64,000 nucleotides of DNA from Promethearchaeota archaeon (GCA_019058295.1 JAHPZI010000017.1:1-64000), one strand, 5' to 3'; positions 40,312 to 50,518 are shown, numbered from the stretch's first letter. Made by a program: numbers and translations. The notes: a model not told the origin generated them from the letters alone.

Positions 40312-42216
40312 TCATAATCCCAACTTCTTACGATTTGCTTCAATGTGTTCTAACATTGCATCAACAGCTTGAATCGTATCGGTTTCAACATGTAGGATTC
40401 CGCCAGTAACATCTTTACAGTCAACAGTTAATAATTTGACTAAATCTGGTCCTCCTGTAACCGTAGGAACAGGATTCACATAGGTGTAAAGTCCAAACGC
40501 AAGTGCAAATATCGCATCGATAGTTGCTTTTTGTTCCATATACTCCGGCGCGACAGCAACAACAGGTAAATCAGGGATTGGAACACCTCCAAGGGCATCT
40601 GAAACAGCGGCAACAAGATCTGCTACCCGTCCAGTATCCGTACATGTTCCATAACTTAGGACTGGAGGTGTACCCAATTTTTCACAAAGAGCCTTGAGAC
40701 CTGGGCCTGCTAAATCTTTTGCTTCCGGAGAACATAATCCTGCAACCTGTACTCCTCCATTTCCACATCCCATAGAAAGCACCAAGACATCTCTTTTAAT
40801 TAATTCTTTAGCTACAGCAACAGTATGTACATCTTGACCCTTATCTCTAAGACTTGTACAAGAAACAAGTCCCGCAACACCTCTTATAGTACCATCTTTT
40901 ATTGCATCAAGAAGAGGTGTTAAGGATCCTCCTAAAGCTTCAACAATACTTTCTGTAGAAAAGCCAACCACAGCCTCATTCATATCTAATCCTATTACAG
41001 GATCTATGCTTTCATGGCGTTCCTTAAAATTATCAATTGCCATTTGAAGCAATGTTGCTGCTTGTTCTTCTGCTTTTTCAGGGATATAATCAAGTCTTTC
41101 ATCAATTCCTTCAAAGGCAACTACTTCTGATACGGGAATTAATTTGAACTTGTATTTTTCAGCATAAAGTGGATCGATTGGCATTGAACAATTCATGTCG
41201 CATACAAATGCATCAATACACCCACTTGCGAGAACTGCTTCTTGCATTATCCAATTTCCCGTAAAACCATAGAAAACATCGTCCATCTCCCATCTTTGAA
41301 TCATTTCCTGTCCAGTTTCAATATTAGCGATAATTCGAAGGCCTTTAGCACCAACTGTTTTCGCTTTCTCTTGCCATTCAGGCTTTCTTGCCAATTGAAC
41401 CATTGCAAATCCAAGGAACGGTTCATGTCCATTGGGTAAAATATTAACATAATCAGGATCTAATACACCAAGATTTACCCGCATTTTATGAGGCCTTGGA
41501 ACATTAAAAAGAATATCTTGAATAAATTCATTGACAATTTGACTTTGATATGCCATAGCAATTCCTAATCGCATTGCTTTTAAGGCTAAGCTTGCATAAT
41601 ATCCATCTACATTCGTCAAACATGAACTTGTAGAGAACATCATTTCACCATAAAGACCGCCAGGATAAATTCCAATTTTTTTCCATACATCTTGTCTTTC
41701 TTTAGGTGCTAAAGCTTCAACAACCTTGCTGGGCTCATCAAACGGTCTATTGAAATCTTCCTTAACGGCATTATATAATCTTAAAGCAATTTCATTATCC
41801 GAACCAGAAGTATCTAAACCTAATCGATTTGCAAAACTTTTTAATTTTTGCGGTTCACTAATTTTAAACGGAGTTTTTCCTTCAATTGTCGCTTTTAACG
41901 TTTTTAGTGTAGTTTCTGTGTGATAATGATATGTGGAAGTACCCATTACATTTCTTAGAAGCATCATCCGCATAGCCATACCATCCGCTGTGATTCCACA
42001 GACCCCTCGTTTATCAATAGTTACATCTGCTCGACAAGGTCCATTAGAGCATAAATCACATCTAGCACCCTTTAAGCAGAATGGACATCTTTTATCGGGA
42101 ACACCACCAAATCCTTGAGCTTCAAACCGATCCCAGATATTAATCATGCCATCTTTTTTTATACGTTCATAGACTTTTTGTACCGATTTATGATATGAAA
42201 TTCTTTCTCCTTCCAT
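40312..42216 (-). CDS. cooS: CO dehydrogenase catalytic subunit-like protein (CooS/HCP family, non-canonical C-cluster)
   Basis: CPFC...CDLCSNGPC...VCG, NGHEP, DMNC, SCT, MGC, GTCTD and EQKA motifs. IETG replaces the usual CCTG. Confidence 0.85.
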   Translation of the reverse strand: MEGERISYHKSVQKVYERIKKDGMINIWDRFEAQGFGGVPDKRCPFCLKGARCDLCSNGPCRADVTIDKRGVCGITADGMAMRMMLLRNVMGTSTYHYHTETTLKTLKATIEGKTPFKISEPQKLKSFANRLGLDTSGSDNEIALRLYNAVKEDFNRPFDEPSKVVEALAPKERQDVWKKIGIYPGGLYGEMMFSTSSCLTNVDGYYASLALKAMRLGIAMAYQSQIVNEFIQDILFNVPRPHKMRVNLGVLDPDYVNILPNGHEPFLGFAMVQLARKPEWQEKAKTVGAKGLRIIANIETGQEMIQRWEMDDVFYGFTGNWIMQEAVLASGCIDAFVCDMNCSMPIDPLYAEKYKFKLIPVSEVVAFEGIDERLDYIPEKAEEQAATLLQMAIDNFKERHESIDPVIGLDMNEAVVGFSTESIVEALGGSLTPLLDAIKDGTIRGVAGLVSCTSLRDKGQDVHTVAVAKELIKRDVLVLSMGCGNGGVQVAGLCSPEAKDLAGPGLKALCEKLGTPPVLSYGTCTDTGRVADLVAAVSDALGGVPIPDLPVVAVAPEYMEQKATIDAIFALAFGLYTYVNPVPTVTGGPDLVKLLTVDCKDVTGGILHVETDTIQAVDAMLEHIEANRKKLGL

Positions 42217-42325
42217 TTTTTTTCAAACCTTTATTTGTTTTAATTCTTTAGGAAAACTAAGTTTATAAATATAGTTCTTATAAACCAAATAACAAATAAT
42301 TTATATCTAATTTAAAATCTCTTTC

Positions 42326-42335
42326 GAACATGTTC
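42326..42335. promoter_or_regulatory. Palindromic operator candidate GAACATGTTC in the cooS/NROR divergent promoter
   Basis: Context TTCGAACATGTTCAAA; same core as 37921-37930. Confidence 0.55.
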
Positions 42336-42387
42336 AAATTTAGAACTTATAATAAAAACTTTAAAATATTAAAAAAACCATTAAAAA

Positions 42388-43743
42388 ATGATGAAAGTAG
42401 TAATTATAGGAAATGGAGTAGCAGGAATCTTTGCGGCTCAAAATATTCGCATGCTTGATAAAGAGGCGGAGCTCGAGATATATTCTCTTGAAAACTATCC
42501 CTATTATACTCGAATTAAACTTCCAGAATTGATTTCTGAGCAAGTAACTATTGAGGATCTAATTGTATTTAAACAAGAATGGTATAACACGAAGAATATA
42601 AAGGTCACTTTAGGTAAGAAAATAAATAGAATTCATCTTGAACATAAGCATGTATTCTTTGAGGGAGAGAGTGAGCCGATTAAGTATGATAAATTAATTA
42701 TCGCTACAGGTAGCATGCCAAATATTCCTCCGATCAAGAATGCAAATGAGATGGTTGGTAAAGGAGTCTTTACATTAAGAAATATTGATAATGCTTTAGA
42801 AATAAAAGAATACATAGATAAGAATAAGGTTTTAAAAGCAATCATTATAGGAGGCGGTTTATTAGGTCTTGAACTTGCTAAACAGATAAAAAATTGTGGA
42901 TTAGACACTACTGTTGTGGAGTTTTTTCCGAGGCTATTACCAAGACAACTGGATGTTGATTGCGGAGGAATGCTAGAAAAAGTTATTGAGGATATGGGAA
43001 TAAAGGTTGTTCTTAGCGCCACTACAGAAGAGATTCTTGGAGAGGAGAAAGTAAAAGGAATTAAATTGAAAGATGGGCGTGAATTTGAGGCAGAAATAGT
43101 GTTAATTCAAGCTGGAATTAGAGCAACCATAGACTTAGCAAGACATACAGGCTTGGAAACTAATCGAGGAATTATAGTAAATAAATATTTAGAGACAAGT
43201 GTGGAGGATGTTTATGCTATTGGCGACTGCATTGAATTTAATAATCAAACTTGGGGTATTATTCCCGCATGTATAGAACAATCTAAAATCATTGCCGCCT
43301 CAGTGATTGGTAAGAAAACTGTAGAATATCAAGCTACTGTACCAAAAAATACACTTAAGATAGTTGGAATCGATTTAACTTCTGTTGGGGTGTTCGATCC
43401 CGAAGATATTGATCAAATAGGAGCAGGATGGCGAATTCTGAAAGCTGTGGATAAGAAAGGGAATTGTTATAAAAAAATTGTCCTTAAAGATAATAAACTT
43501 AAAGGAGCAATCTTATTTGGCGAAAAAAAGGCCATCCCATATGTTAACAAGAATATGGAATCCGAGATTCAAGAAGATGAGCTACGCAAGGCTGTTGGCA
43601 TATATAAATGGATATGTGAAGAATGCGGATATGTCTATGATGAGGCAAAACAAGAATTATTATATAAAGACTTGCCCGAGGATTGGAAATGTAAATGTGG
43701 GAATTATAAAGATAATTTTCAAAGGCAACCCCCTGAAGAATAA
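42388..43743 (+). CDS. NAD(P)H:rubredoxin oxidoreductase (NirB-N-like) with C-terminal rubredoxin-like domain
   Basis: GNGVAG, ATGS, GGGLLGLE and YAIGD motifs; C-terminal WICEECGYVYD...LPEDWKCKCG. Confidence 0.88.
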   Translation: MMKVVIIGNGVAGIFAAQNIRMLDKEAELEIYSLENYPYYTRIKLPELISEQVTIEDLIVFKQEWYNTKNIKVTLGKKINRIHLEHKHVFFEGESEPIKYDKLIIATGSMPNIPPIKNANEMVGKGVFTLRNIDNALEIKEYIDKNKVLKAIIIGGGLLGLELAKQIKNCGLDTTVVEFFPRLLPRQLDVDCGGMLEKVIEDMGIKVVLSATTEEILGEEKVKGIKLKDGREFEAEIVLIQAGIRATIDLARHTGLETNRGIIVNKYLETSVEDVYAIGDCIEFNNQTWGIIPACIEQSKIIAASVIGKKTVEYQATVPKNTLKIVGIDLTSVGVFDPEDIDQIGAGWRILKAVDKKGNCYKKIVLKDNKLKGAILFGEKKAIPYVNKNMESEIQEDELRKAVGIYKWICEECGYVYDEAKQELLYKDLPEDWKCKCGNYKDNFQRQPPEE

Positions 43744-43760
43744 AATGGAGGTAAGGAATA

Positions 43761-43904
43761 ATTCCAAAATATAGATGTAAACGTTGCAATTATTTATACA
43801 TTGATGATGAGCAAAAACAATGTTTTGAAGATTTAGATGAGAAAGAATGGTGCTGTCCTCGATGTAAATGCAGCAAGAACATGTTTGTAAAACTGAATAA
43901 TTAA
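43761..43904 (+). CDS. Rubredoxin-like protein, 47 aa, non-canonical (ATT or ATA) start
   Basis: GGAGGT SD, then ATT CCA AAA TAT: PKYRCKRCNYLYIDDEQKQCFEDLDEKEWCCPRCKCSKNMF. An in-frame TAA at 43752 excludes an upstream ATG. Confidence 0.78.
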   Translation: MPKYRCKRCNYLYIDDEQKQCFEDLDEKEWCCPRCKCSKNMFVKLNN

Positions 43905-43996
43905 TAACTGATAAGAAGATTTTATAAATTATAGACCTAAATTTTTTAATATTCTTGTTATTAAAATCCATATAATTAAAATTTAAGGTGCAAAAT

Positions 43997-44134
43997 ATGG
44001 CAAAATGGGAATGTACCGCTTGTGGATATATATACGATGAGGAAGCAGAAGGAACTAAATTTGAAGATTTACCTGACGATTGGACTTGCCCGGTCTGCGG
44101 TGTAGGAAAGGATATGTTTGAAAAAATATCATAA
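43997..44134 (+). CDS. Rubredoxin, 45 aa (not in ORF track)
   Basis: AAGGTG SD; [45 protein letters not shown]. Confidence 0.95.
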   Translation: MAKWECTACGYIYDEEAEGTKFEDLPDDWTCPVCGVGKDMFEKIS

Positions 44135-44184
44135 TTAATAATATATACTCTCTTCTTTCTTTTTTTTATTTTTATAATAGTCCA

Positions 44185-44622
44185 TCAATACTTAAGATCA
44201 ACATTTACTTCAATTCCCTCTCTAACGGCAGCGGTGACTGTACAATAATTTTCAAACATCTTCTTACACTGGTCTGCTCTTTTTCGCACAGCAGGATCAT
44301 CAATTTTAGAAACGATCTCTACATTTACTTTTTTAACTCTTAAAAAACCTTTATCGTTCCTTCCTATTATCACTTCGGCATCTGCTTTTAAATCATCAAT
44401 TGAAAAATTTCTTTTTTTTAGACAGAAAATAAAACTTGCACTTAAACATCCTAAAAGAGCCATACCGAGAAGTTTAGAAGGGTTTGGACCCCACATTTCT
44501 ACTTCTTCTTGATTTGTTTCATCGATATAGCAGTCTTTTACTGCCATTTGACCCATTTCACATTTGAAAATCATATCTTTTTCCAATTTTAGACCTACTT
44601 TAGTTTTTACTTCTTCAGCCAT
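44185..44622 (-). CDS. OsmC/Ohr family protein
   Basis: GPNP..LL..AL.GC and C...FE.YCTV motifs. Confidence 0.85.
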   Translation of the reverse strand: MAEEVKTKVGLKLEKDMIFKCEMGQMAVKDCYIDETNQEEVEMWGPNPSKLLGMALLGCLSASFIFCLKKRNFSIDDLKADAEVIIGRNDKGFLRVKKVNVEIVSKIDDPAVRKRADQCKKMFENYCTVTAAVREGIEVNVDLKY

Positions 44623-44806
44623 TATTATCTACCTCTATTGATAAATGGTTAAATAAATTATAATTTCTCTTTATCGAAAAATAATTTTTTATTATTATTT
44701 TACTTAAGAATTTATAATTCATATAAATTAAATTTAAATCCATTTTTAATATACAATTTTTAATATACAATAATTAAAAAGAATCCTATATAAATAGTGA
44801 TGAATA

Positions 44807-46048
44807 ATGCAAGCAGTAAAAATAAATGATGGCATTTATTGGATTGGAGCGAATATACATACTGAAGACTTATTTGAAGGAATTTGGCCAATTCCAAAAG
44901 GAGTAGCACTTAATTCCTATATTGTGAAAGGAGATAAAATTGCGATCATCGAATTAGTTCGTGAATGGGGGGGAGCCTCCCACATTCTTCTTGAGAATAT
45001 GAAATCAATTCCAATAGATGTGAAAGATATTGATTATATCATTTTAAATCATCTCGAACCTGATCACACAGGATTTACATATACGCTTCATCAACTAGCT
45101 CCCAAAGCTGAAATTATCGCTACTCCAAAGGGAGTCGAATTAGTTGATGGATTTTATGAAATTAAAAATAATGTTAAAGCAGTAAAAACAGGAGATACGC
45201 TCGACCTTGGACAGGGGAAGGAATTCATGTTTGCTGAAATTCCAAATGTACATTGGCCTGAAACAATGGTTACTTATGAAAAAAGTACTAAAACGCTTTT
45301 CTCAAGTGATGCTTTTGGTGCCTATGGAGTCCATAAGGGAAGTATATTTGATGATGAAACACCAGATGCTCATAAGCCATATTGGGAAGAAGAAATGCTG
45401 AGATATTATGCTAATATTGTTGCTATGTTTTCTACGAGTGTTTTGAAGGCTATTGATTCTTTGAAAGATATTGAAATAAAAACCATAGCTCCTTCCCATG
45501 GTCTGGTGTGGAGAGGAAAACCCGAGGTTGTAGTCAAGAAATATATACGTTATGCGAACTATAATCAAGATTATGCGGAGCCTGAAATATGTATTGTGTG
45601 GGGAAGTATGTACGGTAATACTGAAGCAATGTTGAGCAGTATAATAAGAGGCATTAAATCCGAAAATGTACCTGTTAAAATTTATAGAGTTCCGAATGAT
45701 GATCCTTCTTTTATCCTGGCGGATGTATATAAATCTGCAGGATTAATTATAGGAACACCAACTTATGAGTATGAGATGTTTCCTCCGATGAAGTATTTAT
45801 TGGATCTATTAAAGAAAAAACGAATGCGGTTTAAGAAAGTTTTGTTTTTTGGATCCTATGGATGGAGCGGAGGTGCTCAAAAAGATTTTGATGAGTTATC
45901 AACAAACATGAAATGGGATATTCTTGAGCCCGTTGTTTTTCGGGGATATCCTACAAGTGAGATACAAAAAAAAGGTGAAGATCTCGCAGCTGAACTTGCT
46001 CGACAAGTTAAAGAAATACCTTCAAAAATTAAGGATGAGGATTATTAA
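44807..46048 (+). CDS. fprA: Flavodiiron protein (O2/NO reductase)
   Basis: HLEPDH, HWPE, SDAFG, PSHG, SMYGNT and GSYGWSG motifs. Confidence 0.93.
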   Translation: MQAVKINDGIYWIGANIHTEDLFEGIWPIPKGVALNSYIVKGDKIAIIELVREWGGASHILLENMKSIPIDVKDIDYIILNHLEPDHTGFTYTLHQLAPKAEIIATPKGVELVDGFYEIKNNVKAVKTGDTLDLGQGKEFMFAEIPNVHWPETMVTYEKSTKTLFSSDAFGAYGVHKGSIFDDETPDAHKPYWEEEMLRYYANIVAMFSTSVLKAIDSLKDIEIKTIAPSHGLVWRGKPEVVVKKYIRYANYNQDYAEPEICIVWGSMYGNTEAMLSSIIRGIKSENVPVKIYRVPNDDPSFILADVYKSAGLIIGTPTYEYEMFPPMKYLLDLLKKKRMRFKKVLFFGSYGWSGGAQKDFDELSTNMKWDILEPVVFRGYPTSEIQKKGEDLAAELARQVKEIPSKIKDEDY

Positions 46049-46064
46049 ATCAGGAGGGTTGTAA

Positions 46065-47249
46065 ATGGAATTTAATTTAACCGAAGAGCAAAAAGCATTA
46101 CAAAAAAAGGCAAGGGAATTCGCTATAAATGAAGTTTTACCTGTTGCTAGTAAATATGACGAAAGTGAGGAATTTCCAATCGATGTCATTAGAAAGGCCT
46201 ATGATGCGAATTTATTGAATTTAGCAATTCCTAAGAAATATGGTGGTCTAGGACTTGGCTTACTGGATGCCTGCATCGTTGTTGAAGAAATCTCTTCTGC
46301 TTGTCCAGGTATTGCAACTTCGATATTTGATAATAATTTAGGGGCAGAACCAATTATTATTGGTGGCAATGAGGAACAAAAAAAGAGAATTTTAGGGGAC
46401 CTCATAAATAATTTTAAATTAATTGCGTTTGCTACTTCTGAGCCAACTATGGGATCTGATGTAGCTGGAATGAAATGCCTTGCTAAGGAAGATGGAGATG
46501 ATTTCATTTTAAATGGAACAAAATTCTGGATTACAAATGGAGGTCACGCAGATTATATCACTGTTTTTGCTACGGTTGATCCAGAGCAAAAACATAGAGG
46601 AATAGCTGCCTTTATCGTCCCGACTGATACTGAAGGTGTTAAATTGGGAAAACATATCCCTAAGTTAGGACAAAGATCTTCAAATACTGTATCTGTAGTT
46701 TTAAAAGATGTAAAAATTAAAAAGGAAAATGTTTTGGCAAAACCAGGGAGAGGGTTTGTATTGGCTATGCAGACTTTTGCTCATACTCGGCCAGCAATCG
46801 GAGCATTCGCAGTAGGGTGTGCTCGTTCAGCAATGGAATATTCAATTGATTACGCAAAAAAACGGGAAGTTTTCGGAAGACCCATTGAAAAATATCAAGC
46901 AATTCAATTCAAAATAGCCGAAATGTATAAAGATATTGAAGCTGCCCGATTATTGACACATAAAGCAGCTTGGGAGGCTGACCAAGGAATGGATAATAAT
47001 TTAAGTTCAGCAATCGCAAAAGCATTTGCTTCTGATGTGGCAATGAAAGTTACTACTGAAGCAATACAAATTTTTGGAGGGTATGGATATCTTAGAACCT
47101 ACCCTGTGGAAAAACTGTTTAGAGACGCAAAACTCTATCAGATTTATGAGGGAACCTCCGAGATCCAGAGAATTGTAATTTCCAGATTCGTTATGAAACA
47201 ATATGAGCATGCAATGCCTAAATTAGGCAAGGTCAGAAAAATAGATTAA
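46065..47249 (+). CDS. Acyl-CoA dehydrogenase
   Basis: SEP..GSD, NGTKFWITNG, IQIFGGYG and IYEGTSEIQR motifs. Confidence 0.93.
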   Translation: MEFNLTEEQKALQKKAREFAINEVLPVASKYDESEEFPIDVIRKAYDANLLNLAIPKKYGGLGLGLLDACIVVEEISSACPGIATSIFDNNLGAEPIIIGGNEEQKKRILGDLINNFKLIAFATSEPTMGSDVAGMKCLAKEDGDDFILNGTKFWITNGGHADYITVFATVDPEQKHRGIAAFIVPTDTEGVKLGKHIPKLGQRSSNTVSVVLKDVKIKKENVLAKPGRGFVLAMQTFAHTRPAIGAFAVGCARSAMEYSIDYAKKREVFGRPIEKYQAIQFKIAEMYKDIEAARLLTHKAAWEADQGMDNNLSSAIAKAFASDVAMKVTTEAIQIFGGYGYLRTYPVEKLFRDAKLYQIYEGTSEIQRIVISRFVMKQYEHAMPKLGKVRKID

Positions 47250-47256
47250 AATTTAT

Positions 47257-47703
47257 TTATTTTTTTCTTTTTTTTATTCTATAATAATATTTTTCGCAGA
47301 AAGCACTACAAAAAATAACAGAATTTTCATTTAACCAAATATCCTTTAGTTCATTTATTTTTAAATAATTATAACTTATGGCAAATTGATATATATCCAT
47401 AAGTTTATGACAATTTTTACAATACCTTATTGTATTTTGAAGTTCAACATTATTTAGCTCATCTCTTTTTAAATGTTTGAAGCATTCACAGCAATGGAAT
47501 TCTAAAATAGGATTTTGCCACAGGTCCAGAATCTGTTCGGGTGAAAATTCCAAATTATCTGAAAGAAAATCATATATATTTAAAGATTTTCCACAAGACC
47601 AACAAGTTCTTTTCTTAAATGCAGGTACTAATTCTTTAATGTATTCTCTTAAAATTTTTATCTTATTCCATAAATCTGAATTATTTAACTTTCGAAGAAG
47701 CAA
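47257..47703 (-). CDS. Cys-rich protein with two tandem zinc-finger-like repeats
   Basis: CWSC...W......FHCCEC and CKNC...W......FCSAFC; GAGGT SD with TTG start. Confidence 0.75.
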   Translation of the reverse strand: MLLRKLNNSDLWNKIKILREYIKELVPAFKKRTCWSCGKSLNIYDFLSDNLEFSPEQILDLWQNPILEFHCCECFKHLKRDELNNVELQNTIRYCKNCHKLMDIYQFAISYNYLKINELKDIWLNENSVIFCSAFCEKYYYRIKKRKK

Positions 47704-47864
47704 TTATAGAAGTACCTCAACTTGTCCTTATGAAAAAATGTTCTATTGGATTAAAGAATCCATCTTATTTATATGAATCCCTTAAGTTGGAATATTCCAG
47801 TATTTTTAAGAATAAAAACAAAGATTAATTCTTTCAAAGAAATTCCAAGATGTTTTGATCTTTG

Positions 47865-49223
47865 TTATAATATCACATAGATGTAAAACCAGAGATAGAT
47901 AATTCCTATTAAGATATGGAGCAATGCGAAAAGCCCTCCTATTTTTAGTAGCTTATTATAATTCAAATCATGAATGTGATTCTTTTTACTTAATTCAAGA
48001 GTCATCATATCTGCAGCAGAACCTTGGGGTAAAAAATTACCTCCTAAATTAATCCCTAAAATAAATGCTATTAATAATGGAGTGGCCGGAAAGCCTAATT
48101 CGGTTATCATAACGGTAATTATAGGGATGAATATAACAGTTATGGGAACATTATCCAAAAGACCTGATAAAAGAGAAGTTGCTATCAAAATAAAGAGACA
48201 CATTAAAAATAAATCATTTATGGAGAAACTTATTATAATTTTCTCTAATAACCTAATAGTGCCATTTAATTCCATGCAAAACACTAATATAAATAAACAT
48301 ATAAAGAAAAACACTAACTTATAATCAATTTTGGTAAAATAATAAGAAATTGAAGGGCGTTTTTTACCAGAAGTATCTTTTCGCGGATTGATTAGAACAA
48401 ACATCAAAGCTCCAAGTATTCCAACAAATAAGATATTTGGAATGATAAATAATAGAATGATGAAAATGAATAAGGCGATCATATTTTTATTGTAGACTCC
48501 TTTATCAATGTGATCTTCCATAATAGTTAGTTCATGAGTCTGAATATGAGTTTGTTCCAATGGTTCTTCATTGATTGTACAATGTGGTAGCCAAATTCGT
48601 TTTAATGATTTTCTTAGGACGAAATAATCTAATAACAATAATGTCACTAAGGTCGAAATTACAAAATAAAGCCCTAAACTTAAAACAAACCAAGTAGCTG
48701 TCAAGTCAAATTCCGCGCTAATTAATATATTTTGTGAAGAACCAAAAGGAGTGAGTGTCGCTGCGAGATTGATGCAAATAGTTGTACCCAAGAGAAAAGG
48801 TGTGGGATTAATATGCATTTTATTGCACGTATGAATAATCATCGGAATGAAGATTATGGCCACAGAAATATCTTCAATGAATGCTGCACATAGCGTTGAT
48901 ATTAAACACATTACCCAGAAGAATTTTCGCGTGTTTGTATGAAACTTATTCGTGATTCTAAGGGCTAATTCTTCAAAAATTCTTTTGTCCTCTAAAATTT
49001 CAACTATCGTAAAGATTGCAATCAGGAAAAAGACAACTTCCCATTCAATGGCTAAAATCAAACCTTCAACCGTAATTTCTTTTGGTAAGAAAATAAATGT
49101 CGCAACAACAGCAATGAACATGGCTAACATGCTATAGGTCAAGAAATCAGTCCTTTCACGAAACAAGGCGATAATGACCATTGAAAAGCAAGCGATCACG
49201 ATGAGCTGGAGAACTAATGTCAT
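47865..49223 (-). CDS. ArsB/NhaD/SLC13-family ion transporter permease
   Basis: ~12 TM segments; AFIED, TPFGSSQN, LDNVP and NLGGN..P.GS motifs. Confidence 0.85.
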   Translation of the reverse strand: MTLVLQLIVIACFSMVIIALFRERTDFLTYSMLAMFIAVVATFIFLPKEITVEGLILAIEWEVVFFLIAIFTIVEILEDKRIFEELALRITNKFHTNTRKFFWVMCLISTLCAAFIEDISVAIIFIPMIIHTCNKMHINPTPFLLGTTICINLAATLTPFGSSQNILISAEFDLTATWFVLSLGLYFVISTLVTLLLLDYFVLRKSLKRIWLPHCTINEEPLEQTHIQTHELTIMEDHIDKGVYNKNMIALFIFIILLFIIPNILFVGILGALMFVLINPRKDTSGKKRPSISYYFTKIDYKLVFFFICLFILVFCMELNGTIRLLEKIIISFSINDLFLMCLFILIATSLLSGLLDNVPITVIFIPIITVMITELGFPATPLLIAFILGINLGGNFLPQGSAADMMTLELSKKNHIHDLNYNKLLKIGGLFALLHILIGIIYLWFYIYVIL

Positions 49224-49326
49224 ATTTTAACCTAATTCTAAATTATCATTATCATAAATAAAATTTTGAACTAAATTATATTGATAAAAAAAAAAAAGAT
49301 TAATTTTACTTAAATTTTTAAAAATC

Positions 49327-49716
49327 CTACGATGATTTCCATAAGCCATGTATATTACAATATTCTCGTGCCCAGATTTCTTCAGTTGAAGCTACAACAA
49401 AAGTAGCTTTTGGTTCGTCCCCTGGTTTTAAAAATTTTCTCTTATAGCAGTTATCCTTACAGTTTAATTCAATCCACATAATCCAATGTTCTTCTGTCAT
49501 TGGATGTGGTGTACCCATTGATATTCCAACATCAACAGTTACCTTATTTCCATCAATCGTAATTTTCGGTACATGTTTTTCTCCTTTCCAGTCAGCAGTT
49601 TGTTCCTCCATTAGTTGCATTTCTTGGCCACAACATATTTGTGTTGGAGCGCCAGGATTTAAGATTTCTAAAGTTTTTCCACATACATTACATTTCCATA
49701 TTTCTCTTTGTTGCAT
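49327..49716 (-). CDS. dfx: Desulfoferrodoxin/superoxide reductase (second paralog)
   Basis: CNVC...CC, EKHVP, HPM..EHWI and CNIHG motifs. Confidence 0.92.
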   Translation of the reverse strand: MQQREIWKCNVCGKTLEILNPGAPTQICCGQEMQLMEEQTADWKGEKHVPKITIDGNKVTVDVGISMGTPHPMTEEHWIMWIELNCKDNCYKRKFLKPGDEPKATFVVASTEEIWAREYCNIHGLWKSS

Positions 49717-49798
49717 TTTTTTTCACTTAAGTATGGTCTATTGCTTTCTATTACAGTAAATAGTTGGATTGATATTTAATGATTGTCTTTTTAAAATA

Positions 49799-50398
49799 TT
49801 AGAATTCTTCACATTTTAATCTAAAATTGGCCCTTGGATGATCACAAGAAGGACATCTCCAATCTTCAGGCAATTCATCCATCTCTACTTCATATCCGCA
49901 TTCCATGCATACCCAGACAACCTTTTTGCCACGTTTGAAGAAAGCATCATCTCCTACTAACTTTATTAGTTTTCCATACCTTTCTGCATGATGTTTTTCA
50001 GCCTTTATTATTGCTTTCACTCTAGCAGCAATCTTGGGATATCCCTCTTTCTCTGCTGTTTTTACAATATCTGGATAGAGAGTTTGCCATTCCATATCTT
50101 CTCCGGCTTTAGCAGATGTTAAATTTTCAAGGGTATTTCCTAAAGTCGTATGAAATTCTGCATCAGGTAATACTTTCATATCATCGAAGCTTTCTTCTTT
50201 TTTGAATTGCTGGAGCATCTTATAGAACCAATTTCCGTGCTGCAACTCCTGATTAGCAGTTTCCAGAAATACAGATGAGATTAGAACAGAACCTTCTTTT
50301 TTAGCGACTTTTGCCCAAAATGTATATCGATTTCTGGCTTGTGATTCTCCTACATATGCGGTAAATAACTTTTTTGGTGTCTCTTTCATACCATTCAC
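49799..50398 (-). CDS. rbr: Rubrerythrin
   Basis: GESQARNRY, E..H, EKHH and C-terminal CMECG...CPSCDHP motifs. Confidence 0.92.
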   Translation of the reverse strand: MNGMKETPKKLFTAYVGESQARNRYTFWAKVAKKEGSVLISSVFLETANQELQHGNWFYKMLQQFKKEESFDDMKVLPDAEFHTTLGNTLENLTSAKAGEDMEWQTLYPDIVKTAEKEGYPKIAARVKAIIKAEKHHAERYGKLIKLVGDDAFFKRGKKVVWVCMECGYEVEMDELPEDWRCPSCDHPRANFRLKCEEF

Positions 50399-50497
50399 TC
50401 TTTTCTATTATTTTTAATTTGAATGTATTATATTGATAAAAATGTAAATTAAAAATATAAAATTTATTTCTAAAAATTATTAGATCCTAAGATTGTT

Positions 50498-50518
50498 TGA
50501 ATTATAATTTATAATTCA
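50498..50518. promoter_or_regulatory. Perfect 10-1-10 inverted repeat between the divergent rubrerythrin genes
   Basis: TGAATTATAA-T-TTATAATTCA. Confidence 0.45.
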
